Counted from the first letter of the stretch, positions 9,717-20,579 are shown. The stretch is DNA of 64,000 nucleotides from an uncultured Gemmatimonadaceae bacterium (GCA_963843845.1 CAWJMB010000002.1:3136001-3200000); one strand, 5' to 3'. Notes: generated by a model not told the origin, from the sequence alone. Program-made: numbers and translations.

Positions 9717-12068
9717 TCAGCTCACGACGACGGTCTTCGTCGTGACGCTCGTACCGCCGCGCTTGTCGGTGATCGTCACCTTGACGACGTACGTGCCCGG
9801 CACGCTCCACATCTTCTGGCGTGCGAGCGGCCGCGTGCTCGGGTAGGCCGACAGGTACGTGCCGGTCACGGACGTACCATCGCCCCACTCGATGACGACC
9901 TTGAACGGTGCATCGGTCGTACCATCGGCGTCCTGCCACGACAGGCTCAGCGTCGTCGCCTGCCCGGCGGTCACGGTCGCGGGCGTCGCGATCTCCGCCT
10001 GCGGGAGGCAATTCCGCACCTCGACGCGGCACTCGATCGCCTCCGGGAGCGCGGCGAGGAAGTCGTAGCCGGTCGACTGCTGGATCTTCTGCACCGTGGT
10101 GAGATACGTCTGCCAGTTGACCGACGCGATGCCGTCGACGTTCGGCATGTTGACGGCGATGACGTTCAGGTCCGCTGTCCTGGCGACCTGGGCGAGCCCG
10201 CTGTCCGCCTTGACGAAGACCACGATCTTCCACGTCGAGTCGGGGATGAAGATCTTCCCGAGCCCGTTCAGCGAGCCGAGTCCGACGCCGTTCGTGAAGA
10301 CGCCGCCGGCGATCTGATAGACCTCACGTCCCGCGCGTGCCGAGTCGCGAAGCGCCTCTTCGAGCCGCGCCCAGGGGCCGGCGTTCAGCGCGTTCTTCTG
10401 CGGCAGGACGTTCGTGAGGAAGAACGTCGTGCCGTTCTCGGTGTTCGTCGTCGTCTCGTCGGCCGACGGGTGCATGTGGCCGCGGTCGTAGAGGCCGCCG
10501 GTGATGTAGTCCGCCGTGGTGTACGCCGGGAAGCCGAGTCGCGTCAGCGCCGTGTCGGCCGTGAAGCAGTTGCACCGGTCGGTCGAGCCGAGGTGCGTCG
10601 TGCTGAGATCCCAGCTCACCCAGTTCGGGCCGCCGCGCTGCGGGTTGTACGACAGCGTGTACTGCTTGCGGGCGATGATGACGTCGTCCGACGCGTCGGC
10701 GTCAGTCGGCGTGCCGAACTCGGTGTCGTGCTCCACGCGCACGTTGTTCGCGAACAGCTGCGACTGCACGGTGACGGTCGTCGACCCCGCCGAGCCGTCG
10801 GCGGTGAACACCGCGATGGCGGCCGAGCCGGTGTCGATCGCGGTGATGACGCCGCGGGAATCGACCGTGAGCTTGGCCGGGTTCGAGCTGGCCCACGTCA
10901 CGTTCGAGACGGTGTTCCCCGACGCGTCGGTCCCGCTCGCGAACAGCTGCGTCTGGAAGCCGACCGGCAGCGGGTCGGCGCGGGCGCTCACCGAGACGCT
11001 TCCGCCCTGCGAGACGACGAGCGTGACCGAGCCCGTGCGCGTGATCCCGCCCACGGTCGTCGTCGCGCTGATCGTCACGAACCCGCCCGGCGTGACGGCC
11101 GTGACTCGGCCCGTGTTGTCGACGGTCGCACGGCCGGCGTCGCTCGTCGTCCACGTGAACGTCGCGCCGGCGATCTCGGCGTTCGCGGAGTCCCTCGCTT
11201 GAGCCGTCAGTTGCAACGGCGTGCCGACGCTCACGCGCGAGCCGCCGGTAATGACGACGCGGGCGAGCGGGCCGGCCGTGGGGGGCGGCGGCGGCGGAGA
11301 GCCACCACTGCGCGGGTTCGCGGCGGCGACGGTGAAGTCGGTGCCGTTCACGTTCGTGTCCTGGAAGCCGCCTGCCGCGAGCGGCTTCCGCTGGGCCGAG
11401 TTCGCGTTCGACAGCGTCGCGACAGGGGTGCCGCCTTCCGAACAGTTCGCGCCGCTGGCGCCGGTGCCGTAGCCGACGAAGTCGATCACCGCCCCGCCGA
11501 GCGGGCAGGTCCCGGTGAGCGCCGTCGTGCTGGCGACGAGCGCGACCTTGCCGACCGTGCCGCTCATGCTGATCGCGCCGATCTGGTCCGGCGTCGGCAG
11601 CGGTGCCGAGCCGCCGCCCACCGTCGTGCCGGCCGCCTGTTGGACGAGGTAGAACCCGCCGGGCGCGATCTTGCCCGTGAGGTCGGTCTTGTTCGTCCAG
11701 CTCGACCCCGTCGCCGATGCGTACTGCACCGACGATCCGGCGAGGTTCACCGTGTCGGCGCCGCCGTTGTACAACTCGATGAAGTCGTTCTTGTAGAATG
11801 AGCCGCCGTTCCCGCCCCCGCCGTACACCTGGCTGATGACGACGCCGCTCGTGCTCGAGAGCGGCACGCTGGCGAACGACGGGCGGACCGGCACGGGCGC
11901 GACGACCGTGTCGACGCTCGTCGAGCAGGCGCCGGCGACGACGAGCGGCAGGAGGGACAGCGGCGACCAGCCGCGGCCAGACGAGTGAACGGCGCATGAG
12001 CACAGGACGAGGGTGAAACGGCGCAGCGTGCCGACACTGCCAGAGGAGGGGCGCGATGCCGACAGCAT
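9717..12068 (-). CDS. Secreted non-specific DNA/RNA endonuclease with lamin-tail, Ig-like and PKD-like domains
   Basis: VVISQVYGGGGN...DFIELYN (LTD); Ig-like repeats; YDRGHMHPSAD and NVLPQ (NucA-type); start uncertain. Confidence 0.88.
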   Translation of the reverse strand: MLSASRPSSGSVGTLRRFTLVLCSCAVHSSGRGWSPLSLLPLVVAGACSTSVDTVVAPVPVRPSFASVPLSSTSGVVISQVYGGGGNGGSFYKNDFIELYNGGADTVNLAGSSVQYASATGSSWTNKTDLTGKIAPGGFYLVQQAAGTTVGGGSAPLPTPDQIGAISMSGTVGKVALVASTTALTGTCPLGGAVIDFVGYGTGASGANCSEGGTPVATLSNANSAQRKPLAAGGFQDTNVNGTDFTVAAANPRSGGSPPPPPPTAGPLARVVITGGSRVSVGTPLQLTAQARDSANAEIAGATFTWTTSDAGRATVDNTGRVTAVTPGGFVTISATTTVGGITRTGSVTLVVSQGGSVSVSARADPLPVGFQTQLFASGTDASGNTVSNVTWASSNPAKLTVDSRGVITAIDTGSAAIAVFTADGSAGSTTVTVQSQLFANNVRVEHDTEFGTPTDADASDDVIIARKQYTLSYNPQRGGPNWVSWDLSTTHLGSTDRCNCFTADTALTRLGFPAYTTADYITGGLYDRGHMHPSADETTTNTENGTTFFLTNVLPQKNALNAGPWARLEEALRDSARAGREVYQIAGGVFTNGVGLGSLNGLGKIFIPDSTWKIVVFVKADSGLAQVARTADLNVIAVNMPNVDGIASVNWQTYLTTVQKIQQSTGYDFLAALPEAIECRVEVRNCLPQAEIATPATVTAGQATTLSLSWQDADGTTDAPFKVVIEWGDGTSVTGTYLSAYPSTRPLARQKMWSVPGTYVVKVTITDKRGGTSVTTKTVVVS

Positions 12069-12124
12069 GAAACGTAGAACATCAGCTCGCCGCCCGACAC
12101 GCCCGTCACCAGTTTGATACGGAC

Positions 12125-13829
12125 ATGACCCGTTCGGAGCGACACGAATCGCTCGCCGCGCTGCAGGAGAGGCCGTTCGACGTCCTCGTCGTCGGCGGGG
12201 GGATCACAGGCGCGGGCGTGGCGCGCGACGCCGCGCTGCGCGGCCTGCGCACCGCGCTCGTCGAGCGCGACGACTGCGCGGCCGGCACGTCGAGCCGCTC
12301 GTCGCGCCTCGTGCACGGCGGCGTGCGCTACCTCGAGCACGGACATCTCGGGCTCGTGTTCGAGTCGAGTCGCGAGCGGCGGATCCTGCTCCGACGCGCG
12401 CCGCACCTCGTGCGTCCGCTGCGTTCACCTGGCCGGTGTATCGCGGCGCGCGCGTGCCGCGGTGGAAGGTCGAGGCCGGGCTCGCGCTGTACGACGCGCT
12501 CGCGCTGTTCCGCAACGTCGGGACGCACCGACCGCTGGGCCGCGGCGGCGTGCTCGCGCGCGAGCCCGCGACTCACCCCCGACGGGCTCCGCGGCGGCGC
12601 GACCTACTTGGATGCCGCCACCGACGACGCGCGCCTCACGCTCGCCAATGCGCTCTCGGCGCGCGACGCTGGCGCGACGGTGGTGAATCACGCGGCGGTG
12701 GCGCGACTCGCGTTCGGTCCCGACGGCGTCCGCGCCACGATCCGCGTGCGCTCGGCGATGCGACGAACGGTTCGGGCGGGGGCGCGACGGTCGAACTGCG
12801 GGCGCGCGTGGTCGTCAATGCGGCCGGCCCGTGGAGCGACGCCGTGCGGACGCTCTGGTGACGGAGCCGGCGGCGCGCACGAGCGGCGTGCTCGGCGCGA
12901 AGGGCGTGCACGTCGCCGTTCCGGCCGCGGCGGCTCGGCAACCGCGGCGCGCTGACGCTCGTCTCGCCGCTCGACGGGCGCGTGATGTTCGTGCTCCCGG
13001 CCGGCACGCATTCCGATCGTCGGGACGACCGAGACGCCGGCGGAGCGCGGGCCCGACGAGATGCGCGCGACGGAGGGGGACGTCGACTACCTGCTGCGCT
13101 CGGCGAACGCGTTCTTCCCCGACGCGCGGCTCGACGCGCGACGACGTGGTCGCGGCGTGGGCGGGGATCCGGCCGCTCGCGGCGCGGCGGAGCGCCCGGG
13201 GCGGGCGGCACGGCGAGCGCGTCGCGCGAGCACGCGATCGACGTCGGACCCGCGCGGGCTCGTGACGGTGACCGGCGGCAAGCTCACGACGTACCGCGCG
13301 ATGGCCGGCGCAGGTGGTCGACGCGGCGGTCGCGCTGCGCGGCTGGGCGGTCCGCCGGCGCGCGCACCGAGCACGCTGTCCGCTCCCCGGCGGCGACGTG
13401 CCGTCGCTCAGCGCGCTCGAGGCGAGCGTCGCGTCGGTCGTCGGCGACGCAGACGGTCGCGCGGCGGCTCGCGCGCGCGTACGGCGCCGACTGGCGCCGC
13501 GTGTGGCGCTACGCCGAGGCGGACCGCGCGCTCGCGGCGCCGGCTCGTCGATGCCCTGCCGTACGTCGCCGCCGAGCTGCGCCACGCGGTGCGAACGCGA
13601 GCAGGCGTGCACGCTCGCCGACCTGCTCGTGCGCCGCATGCCGATCGCGTTCGAGACGCGCGACGCCGGGCGCGCGGCGGCGCGCGTCGCGGCGCCGATC
13701 GTCGCGCCTGCGCTCGGCTGGGACGACAGCGCGGTCGCCCGCGCGCTGGACGCGTACGACCGCGAGGCGGCGCGACTGTTCGCGGTCGAAACGGTGGCAC
13801 GAACCGTGGATAGATTGTCGCCCCGATAG
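12125..13829 (+). CDS. glpD: FAD-dependent glycerol-3-phosphate dehydrogenase, multiply frameshifted
   Basis: VVGGGITGAG, GTSSRSSRLVHGGVRYLE, KGVH, WAGIRPL, GGKLTTYR spread over several frames. Confidence 0.85.
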
Positions 13830-13884
13830 CGCCGGCGATCACGCGGGACGACCGGCGAGTACTCGGACATGGTGGGAGGGGCGG

Positions 13885-16035
13885 GTGAGCGCCGCGCACG
13901 ACGAGGACCCGAGAGCGACTGCCACCGAGCACGACGCCCTGCCGGCGACCGTCCTCGGTGATCTTCCGACCCGACTCGTCGACCGGCTCCGATTCCTGGA
14001 GAGCGCGTTCGGGTCGTCGCAGAACGCGATCATCATCACGGACTGCCAGCGCGCCGACAATCCGGTCGTCGCGGCGAACCCGGCGTTCACGCGCGTGACC
14101 GGGTACGCGCCAGACGAGATCATCGGCCGGAACTGCCGCTTTCTCCAGCGCGACGACCGCGATCAGCCCGAGATCGACGTGCTCCGCAGCGCGATCGTCG
14201 GCGGCCACGAGGCGTTCGTGACGCTGCGCAACTACCGGCGCGACGGCACGATGTTCTGGAACGAGCTGCGGATCGCGCCGATCCGCGACGCGCGCGGTGC
14301 CGTGACGCACTTCCTCGGCATCCAGAACGACGTGTCGGAGCGCGTGCTGGCCGAGCAGGCGCTCGTCCGCCGCACGGCCGATCTCGAGCGCGCCCGCGAC
14401 CAGTTGCAGGACCAGGCGATCGAGCTCGCCGATGCGACGCAGGCGCGCGACCGCTTCATGGCGACCGTGTCGCACGAGATGCGCACGCCGATCAACGCGG
14501 TCCTCGGCTATGCCGACCTGCTCGACCTCGAGATCCCCGGGTCGCTCACCGACGCGCAGCGCGACTACGTCGCGCGCATCCAGCGCACCGGGCGCGGGTT
14601 GCTCGACCTCGTGAACGACGTGCTCGACCTGACGCGCGCCGAGTTCGGCCATCTCGACGTCGAGCTCGCGTCGGTCGACCCGCTGCCGGTGATCGAAGAG
14701 GTCGCGGCACTCGTCGAAGGGCAGGCGCAGCAGAAGGGGCTCGTGCTCAGCCTCGTCGCGCCGGACGGCGCGGTGCCGCCTGTCCGCGCCGACCGCCGCC
14801 GCGTGCGGCAGGTGCTGCTCAACCTGCTGGCGAACGCGGTGAAGTTCACCGAGACCGGTACGGTCACGCTGCGCATCAGTACCGTCGGTCCGCGGGTGGA
14901 GTTCTCGGTCGGCGATACGGGCATCGGCATCTCGCCGGAACAGCTTCCCTTCGTGTTCGAGGAGTTCTATCAGGCCGATCGCAATCTCACCCGGCGCTAC
15001 GGCGGCGCCGGGCTCGGGCTGGCGATCAGTCGCCGCCTCGCGCAATTGATGGGCGGCGAGCTCACCGCGCGGAGCGAGCTTCGGCGCGGCTCGACGTTCA
15101 CGCTGACGCTGCTCCGCGCCGACGACGGGGGCGGCGACGGCAGCGACGGTAGCGACCGCGCGGCCAGCGTCGTCGACGGGTCCGCGCAGGCCGGGAGCGA
15201 CGGGCGCCACCCCGCCGACGGCGAACGGCCGCCGCGCACGCCGATCCGCGTCGTCGTGTTCGGGCCGGACGACAGCGTCCTCGGCGAGCTCGGTCGGACG
15301 CTGTATCCGGACATCCAGATCCTCGTGGCGCGCACGTCGGACGACGTCCGCGGGCTCGCCCACCGCGAACACGCCGCGCTCATCGTGCTCGACGTGAATG
15401 CCAACGGTGGCGCCGGGTGGCAGGTGGCCCACACGCTGCGCGAGGATTCGACGCTCGACCACGTGCCCATCCTCATTCTGCCGACGTCGGCGGGCGGTGC
15501 CGGCCGCGTGGCGTCGGCGCTCGACCTCGGCGTCGTGGCGTTCGCGGGGAAGATGCGCGAACCGCCGACCGACGAAGCGGCGCGGCTCACGCGTGCCGTC
15601 GAGCGCGCGGCGACCGACGCGGCCGCCCGGCGTGGCGAGAGCAACAGCCCGACTGCGGGGGCGGCGATCGACGTGCTCGTCGTCGACGACGACGCCGACG
15701 CGCGACGCATCACGATGCAGGTGCTCCAAAATGCCGGCGCGTCGGTGCGCGAGGCGACCGACGGCGAGAGCGGGCTGGCCGCGATGCGAACCCGCCGACC
15801 GGACGTCGCCGTCATCGATCTCCTGATGCCAGTGCTCGACGGCTTCGGCGTCCTCGCCGCCATGCGAGCCGACGCCCGACTGCGCAGCGTCCCGGTCGTC
15901 GTCCTCACGACGAAGGCGTTGACGGCCGCCGAGCGAGACTATCTGGCGCGGACGGCGGAGCGCGTGCTCGAGAAGGGCGAGTACCGACTGAGCGACGTCG
16001 CGACGCTCATCCTGCGGGCCGCGACACGGCGGTAG
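13885..16035 (+). CDS. LOV-domain hybrid histidine kinase (LOV-HisKA-HATPase-REC-REC)
   Basis: GRNCRFLQ; SHEMRTP; NAVKFT; DTGIG; GAGLGL; VLVVDDD/DLLMP; GTG 13885 after GGGAGG. Confidence 0.9.
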   Translation: MSAAHDEDPRATATEHDALPATVLGDLPTRLVDRLRFLESAFGSSQNAIIITDCQRADNPVVAANPAFTRVTGYAPDEIIGRNCRFLQRDDRDQPEIDVLRSAIVGGHEAFVTLRNYRRDGTMFWNELRIAPIRDARGAVTHFLGIQNDVSERVLAEQALVRRTADLERARDQLQDQAIELADATQARDRFMATVSHEMRTPINAVLGYADLLDLEIPGSLTDAQRDYVARIQRTGRGLLDLVNDVLDLTRAEFGHLDVELASVDPLPVIEEVAALVEGQAQQKGLVLSLVAPDGAVPPVRADRRRVRQVLLNLLANAVKFTETGTVTLRISTVGPRVEFSVGDTGIGISPEQLPFVFEEFYQADRNLTRRYGGAGLGLAISRRLAQLMGGELTARSELRRGSTFTLTLLRADDGGGDGSDGSDRAASVVDGSAQAGSDGRHPADGERPPRTPIRVVVFGPDDSVLGELGRTLYPDIQILVARTSDDVRGLAHREHAALIVLDVNANGGAGWQVAHTLREDSTLDHVPILILPTSAGGAGRVASALDLGVVAFAGKMREPPTDEAARLTRAVERAATDAAARRGESNSPTAGAAIDVLVVDDDADARRITMQVLQNAGASVREATDGESGLAAMRTRRPDVAVIDLLMPVLDGFGVLAAMRADARLRSVPVVVLTTKALTAAERDYLARTAERVLEKGEYRLSDVATLILRAATRR

Positions 16036-16045
16036 CGCGACGCGA

Positions 16046-16513
16046 CTACTGCTGGTGAATGGTCCGCAGCTCGATGACGGTGAGTCGGCGCGTCATGGCG
16101 GGCAGCTTGAGGATCACCAGATCGCCGACCCCCTTGCCGACGAGCGCCTTGCCGATCGGCGACGACATGCTGACCTGACTCTCGTCGAACTCGACCGCGT
16201 CGCCGAAGACGAGATTGTACGTCTCGCGCTGCTTCGTCCGCTCGTCCTCGACGACGACGGCCGAGCCGAGTCCGACCTTGTCGGACGGGATCTGCGACGG
16301 GTCGATCGACGAGAGCTTCGTGAGCCGCTGCGCGAGCTGGCCGAGCCGCGCCCGCACGAAGCCCTGACGCTCGAGCGCGGCCTTGTACTCGCTGTTCTCG
16401 CGCAGATCGCCGTGCTCGACCGCTTTCCGGATCTCGTTCGGCAGCGTGACGTTGAGCTCGTGGCGCAGTTTCGCCACCTCGTCGCCGAGCTTCTGCTTCA
16501 GTTCTTCGATCAT
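16046..16513 (-). CDS. greA: Transcription elongation factor GreA/GreB
   Basis: HGDLRENSEYKAA, SPIGKALVGK. Confidence 0.92.
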   Translation of the reverse strand: MIEELKQKLGDEVAKLRHELNVTLPNEIRKAVEHGDLRENSEYKAALERQGFVRARLGQLAQRLTKLSSIDPSQIPSDKVGLGSAVVVEDERTKQRETYNLVFGDAVEFDESQVSMSSPIGKALVGKGVGDLVILKLPAMTRRLTVIELRTIHQQ

Positions 16514-16528
16514 GAGAGAAGTATAAGC

Positions 16529-17563
16529 TCAGGTCCGATCGCGGGCGGTTCGGCGCTGCGCCTCGTACGCCGCGCTCACCGCGTTCACCGCTTCCTGCGG
16601 GTCGTCGGTGAGGATCATGAGGTCGATGTCGCCGTCCGAGATCTTCCCCTCGCTCAGCACCCGCGACTGCAGCCAACGAATGAGGCCGGCCCAGTAGTGC
16701 CGTCCGAACAGCACCACCGGGAACTGATAGATCTTCCCCGTCTGGATCAGCGTCACTGCCTCGAACAGCTCGTCGAGGGTCCCGAAACCGCCGGGGAAGA
16801 TGATGAACGCGACCGAGTACTTGATGAACATCGTCTTCCGCACGAAGAAGTAGCGGAAGTTCACGAGCGTATCGACGTAGGGATTCGCGCCCTGCTCGAA
16901 CGGAAGCTCGATGTTGCAGCCGACCGATCGCCCGCCCGCGTCCTTCGCGCCGCGGTTGGCCGCTTCCATGATCCCGGGCCCGGCGCCCGTGAGCACCGAG
17001 AAGCCGGCCTCGGCGAGCAGCCGACCGACTTCCTGCGCCGCGGCGTACTGCGGGTCGTCCGGGCCGGTGCGCGCGGAGCCGAACACGGTGACGCCTTTCT
17101 CGACCGAGGCGAGCGTGTCGAACCCTTCGATGAACTCGCTCATGATGCGCATGACCCGCCACGGGTCGCTGCGCGTGAAGTCGTCCGAGGCACGCCGGTC
17201 CGGATGTGACGCCGGACTCGCGAGCAGCTTCTCGTCTTCGGTGACGTAGCGCGGATAGTCGCGGATCGACTCGTCGACGACGCGGGACGCGCCCTTCGAG
17301 CGTCCCGCGCTCTCGTCGGACTGTGTCGGCGGCGTGCGGCCGGCGGCGCGGTGGCCTTCCTCGGCCCGCTCGCGCGCACCGTCGAGTGCCTGCGACTCGG
17401 CGGCCGTTCGGTCGTCCGGATTCATCCGCTTTCCGGACGCCGAACGTGGGCCGCGCGAGGACGGCTTCTTCGGCGTCGTCGGGACACTCGCGGCGGACTT
17501 CGCCGAGGCGGTCTTCGCCGCGGCGGTCTTCGCCGCGGGCTTCGTGGTCGATCGTTTCGGCAT
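16529..17563 (-). CDS. LOG family (TIGR00730-like) nucleotide phosphoribohydrolase
   Basis: VFGSART, TGAGPGIMEAAN, PGGFGTLDELFE; Lys/Ala-rich N-terminal extension. Confidence 0.9.
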   Translation of the reverse strand: MPKRSTTKPAAKTAAAKTASAKSAASVPTTPKKPSSRGPRSASGKRMNPDDRTAAESQALDGARERAEEGHRAAGRTPPTQSDESAGRSKGASRVVDESIRDYPRYVTEDEKLLASPASHPDRRASDDFTRSDPWRVMRIMSEFIEGFDTLASVEKGVTVFGSARTGPDDPQYAAAQEVGRLLAEAGFSVLTGAGPGIMEAANRGAKDAGGRSVGCNIELPFEQGANPYVDTLVNFRYFFVRKTMFIKYSVAFIIFPGGFGTLDELFEAVTLIQTGKIYQFPVVLFGRHYWAGLIRWLQSRVLSEGKISDGDIDLMILTDDPQEAVNAVSAAYEAQRRTARDRT

Positions 17564-17612
17564 CGGTCGTCGTCGGGCACGCGCGGAGCGGGACAGAAAG
17601 TTAGCGTGCAGG

Positions 17613-19055
17613 ATGCCCCGACCGCTCGTCATCATCCTCGTCGCCGACGGCGCACGTCCCGATACGTTCGCCGCCGCGCTCGACGACGGCTCCCTGCCGG
17701 CTCTCGCCCAGCTCCGGAGTGACGGGGCACTGCACACCGTGTCGTCGGTGTTCCCGTCGGTGACGGGGCCGGCGTACGTTCCCTTCCTCATGGGCCGCTT
17801 TCCCGGGCCGGTCGGGCTGCCGGCGCTGCGCTGGTACGACCGCGCGCGGACGGCGCGCACGCGCCCGGACCACGCCCGCAGCTACGTCGGCGCGGAGTTC
17901 CGGCATCTCGACGGCGACCTCGACGCGGACGCGCCGACGATCTTCGAGCTCGCCGGCCAGTCGTTGGGCGGACTGAACGTCATCGGGCGTGGGCTCCCGC
18001 GCGGCGACAGAATCGGCGGCGGGCTGGGGTTCACGCTGCGCGGCGCGTGGACACACTTTCGCGGCGACGTCGCCGGCTGGCTCGGCGTCGATCGCGACGT
18101 CGGCGCGCGCGTCGCGCAGCGCGTGCGCGACGCGCGCGCCGGCCGACGTCCAGGCTTCGTGTTCTGCGCGCTCACCGGCGTCGACAAGATGTCGCACGCG
18201 CGCGGACACGCGGCGCCCGCGGTGCGCGACGCCCTGCGTATCGTCGACGCGACGGCGGCAGAGCTGCGCGCGGATGCCGAGCGCGGCGGGTGGTGGCACG
18301 ACACGCACCTCTGGGTCGTGAGCGATCACGGACACTCGCCCGTCCGCGCGCACGACGATCTCGCCGCCGCGTTCGCCGCATTCGGCCACCGTGTCTCCGC
18401 GCACCCACTCACCTGGCTGCCGCGCCGCGACGTCGCGGTGATGGTGAGCGGCAACGCGATGGCGCACGTCTATCTCGAGGTCGAGCAGCGCGAGCGACCG
18501 TGGTGGCCGGCGCTCGCCGCGCGGTGGGACGCGACCGTCGACGCGCTGCTCGCCCGCCCGTCGGTCGACCTCGTGCTCCTGCCGCACGACACCGATCGCT
18601 GCGAGGTGCGGTCGGCGGACCGCGGGCGCGCGTTCGTCGAGCGGCAACGACCCGGCGCGCGGAACGGGTCGCGTTACGCCTACCGCCCCGTCGACGGCGA
18701 TCCGCTCGGACTCGGCGGCGCGCACTGCGGCCTCACCGCGAACGCCGCGCACGACGTCTGTGCGGCGTCGGACTATCCGGACGCGCTCGTGCAGATCGCG
18801 CATCTCGCCGGCGCGCCTCGCAGTGGCGACGTCATCGTCTCCGCGGCGCGCGACTGGGACCTGCGCGCGCGGTGGGAGCCGATTCCGCACGTCTCGTCGC
18901 ACGGCGCGCTGCACCGCGAGCACATGGACGTGCCGCTGCTGCTGAGCCGACCGCCCGTGCGCACGCCGCGCCGCACCGTCGACGTGATGCCGAGCGCGCT
19001 CGTCGCGTTAGGCTCGGCCGTCCCGGCAGGGCTCGACGGCGACTCGTTTCTCTGA
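17613..19055 (+). CDS. Alkaline phosphatase superfamily / nucleotide pyrophosphatase-like protein
   Basis: ILVADGARPD, FPSVTGPA, DKMSH, VSDHG, SHGAL. Confidence 0.85.
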   Translation: MPRPLVIILVADGARPDTFAAALDDGSLPALAQLRSDGALHTVSSVFPSVTGPAYVPFLMGRFPGPVGLPALRWYDRARTARTRPDHARSYVGAEFRHLDGDLDADAPTIFELAGQSLGGLNVIGRGLPRGDRIGGGLGFTLRGAWTHFRGDVAGWLGVDRDVGARVAQRVRDARAGRRPGFVFCALTGVDKMSHARGHAAPAVRDALRIVDATAAELRADAERGGWWHDTHLWVVSDHGHSPVRAHDDLAAAFAAFGHRVSAHPLTWLPRRDVAVMVSGNAMAHVYLEVEQRERPWWPALAARWDATVDALLARPSVDLVLLPHDTDRCEVRSADRGRAFVERQRPGARNGSRYAYRPVDGDPLGLGGAHCGLTANAAHDVCAASDYPDALVQIAHLAGAPRSGDVIVSAARDWDLRARWEPIPHVSSHGALHREHMDVPLLLSRPPVRTPRRTVDVMPSALVALGSAVPAGLDGDSFL

Positions 19056-19159
19056 CGCCGCCGTCACTCCCTGCCGAGCCCGGCCTGCGCGACCGCGCAT
19101 CACGTCGGCGAGCGACGTCGCCCGGCGGCACCGATTCCCGGCAGCCGTCGGCGCTGCGG

Positions 19160-20554
19160 CTACCCCGTCGCGACGAGCGGCGGCGCCACGACGGGCGGTC
19201 TCGCCGGCTGCCCCGCCGGCAGCGACGTCGGAGGCTCCATCGCGGTCACGTCCGGCGTCGCCGCGACCCCCACCACGCCCGGCTCGCTCGTGATCAACCG
19301 CACCCCGCGCTGCGTGGTGAGATAGGCATACGCCCACTGCACGAGCACGCTGGCCCGGTTCCGGAAGCCGACGAGGTAGAGCAGGTGCACGAACAGCCAG
19401 ACCCACCACGCGATATAGCCCGTGAGCTCGATCCGACCGATCTTCGCGACCGCTTTGTGCCGTCCGATCGTCGCGAGGTCGCCTTTGTTGGTGTAGCGAA
19501 ACGCGGTGCGGGGCGCGCCGCGGAGCGTCGCGAGAATCTGCTTCGCGGCGTGTTCTCCCATCTGGTTGGCCGCGGGCGCGACGCCTGGCACCGGATCGCC
19601 GCGATCGACGTACGCCGCGAGGTCGCCGACCGCGAACACCTCGGGGCGCCCCGGGAGCGACAGGTCGGGCTCGACGAGCACGCGCCCCGCCCGATCCACC
19701 GGCGCACCGAGCTGTCGACCGAGCGGTGAGGCGGCGTTGCCGGCCGCCCAGACCACCGTGCGCGTCGCGATCCGCTCTTCGCCCACGTAGACCGCGTCGG
19801 GCTCGATGCGAGTGACGATCGCCCCGAGTCGGACCTCGACACCCAGCTTCTCGAGGTCGCGCTGCGCGCGGTCCGAGAGCGTCTTCGGAAATGCGCCGAG
19901 CAGCCGATCACTCCCCTCGAGCAGAATGACACGGGTCTTTCCGGCGTCGATCCGGCGGAAGTCGCGGCAGAAGCCGCGCGCGGTGTCCGGCATGATGCCG
20001 GCCAGCTCGACGCCAGTCGGCCCGCCGCCAATCACGACGATCGTCTGGTACTGCGCGCGCAGCACCGGGTCCTCGGTCTTCTCCGCCAGCTCGAACGCGC
20101 TCAGGAAGCGGCGGCGGATCGCGGCGGCGTCGGCGACGCTCTTCAGGCCGGGCGCGCGCGCCTCCCACGCATCGTGCCCGAAGTACGAGTGCCGCGCCCC
20201 GGTCGCGACGATGAGGTAGTCGTAGGCCAGCGCGCGTCGCTCGTCGTCGAGATAGACCACGCGGCGGTCGACGTCGACCGTGTGCACGTCGGCCATGAGC
20301 ACGAGGACGTTCCGGTACTTCCGCAGCGCCCACCGGATCGGCACCGTGATGTCGCTCGGCGCCAGTGTCGCGGTGGCGACCTGATAGAGGAGCGGCTGGA
20401 AGAGGTGATGGTTCGTGCGGTCGACGAGCGTGACGTCCACGTCCGCGTGCTTGAACTGGCGGGCTGCCGTGAGTCCGCCGAACCCGCCGCCGAGGATGAC
20501 GACGTGCGGGCGGCGCGCGGCAACCGGGGTGTCGGACTCGTTCGATCCGTTCAT
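19160..20554 (-). CDS. ndh: Type II NADH dehydrogenase
   Basis: GGGFGG, HHLFQPLLYQVAT, GGGPTGVELAG, WAAG, KGDLATIGR. Confidence 0.92.
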   Translation of the reverse strand: MNGSNESDTPVAARRPHVVILGGGFGGLTAARQFKHADVDVTLVDRTNHHLFQPLLYQVATATLAPSDITVPIRWALRKYRNVLVLMADVHTVDVDRRVVYLDDERRALAYDYLIVATGARHSYFGHDAWEARAPGLKSVADAAAIRRRFLSAFELAEKTEDPVLRAQYQTIVVIGGGPTGVELAGIMPDTARGFCRDFRRIDAGKTRVILLEGSDRLLGAFPKTLSDRAQRDLEKLGVEVRLGAIVTRIEPDAVYVGEERIATRTVVWAAGNAASPLGRQLGAPVDRAGRVLVEPDLSLPGRPEVFAVGDLAAYVDRGDPVPGVAPAANQMGEHAAKQILATLRGAPRTAFRYTNKGDLATIGRHKAVAKIGRIELTGYIAWWVWLFVHLLYLVGFRNRASVLVQWAYAYLTTQRGVRLITSEPGVVGVAATPDVTAMEPPTSLPAGQPARPPVVAPPLVATG

Positions 20555-20579
20555 GCCCCCCGACGGGGCAAGAAGCGTG

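Noticed and set aside
9471..11801. Long antisense and alternate-frame ORFs (also 13408-15729, 24473-26866, 26945-29335 and others)
   Set aside because: Arg/Ala-rich shadow ORFs expected at high GC, with no motifs, overlapping well-supported genes
12982..13884. N-terminal 300 aa of the 1017-aa kinase ORF
   Set aside because: It overlaps glpD; the GTG at 13885 with an RBS is the better start
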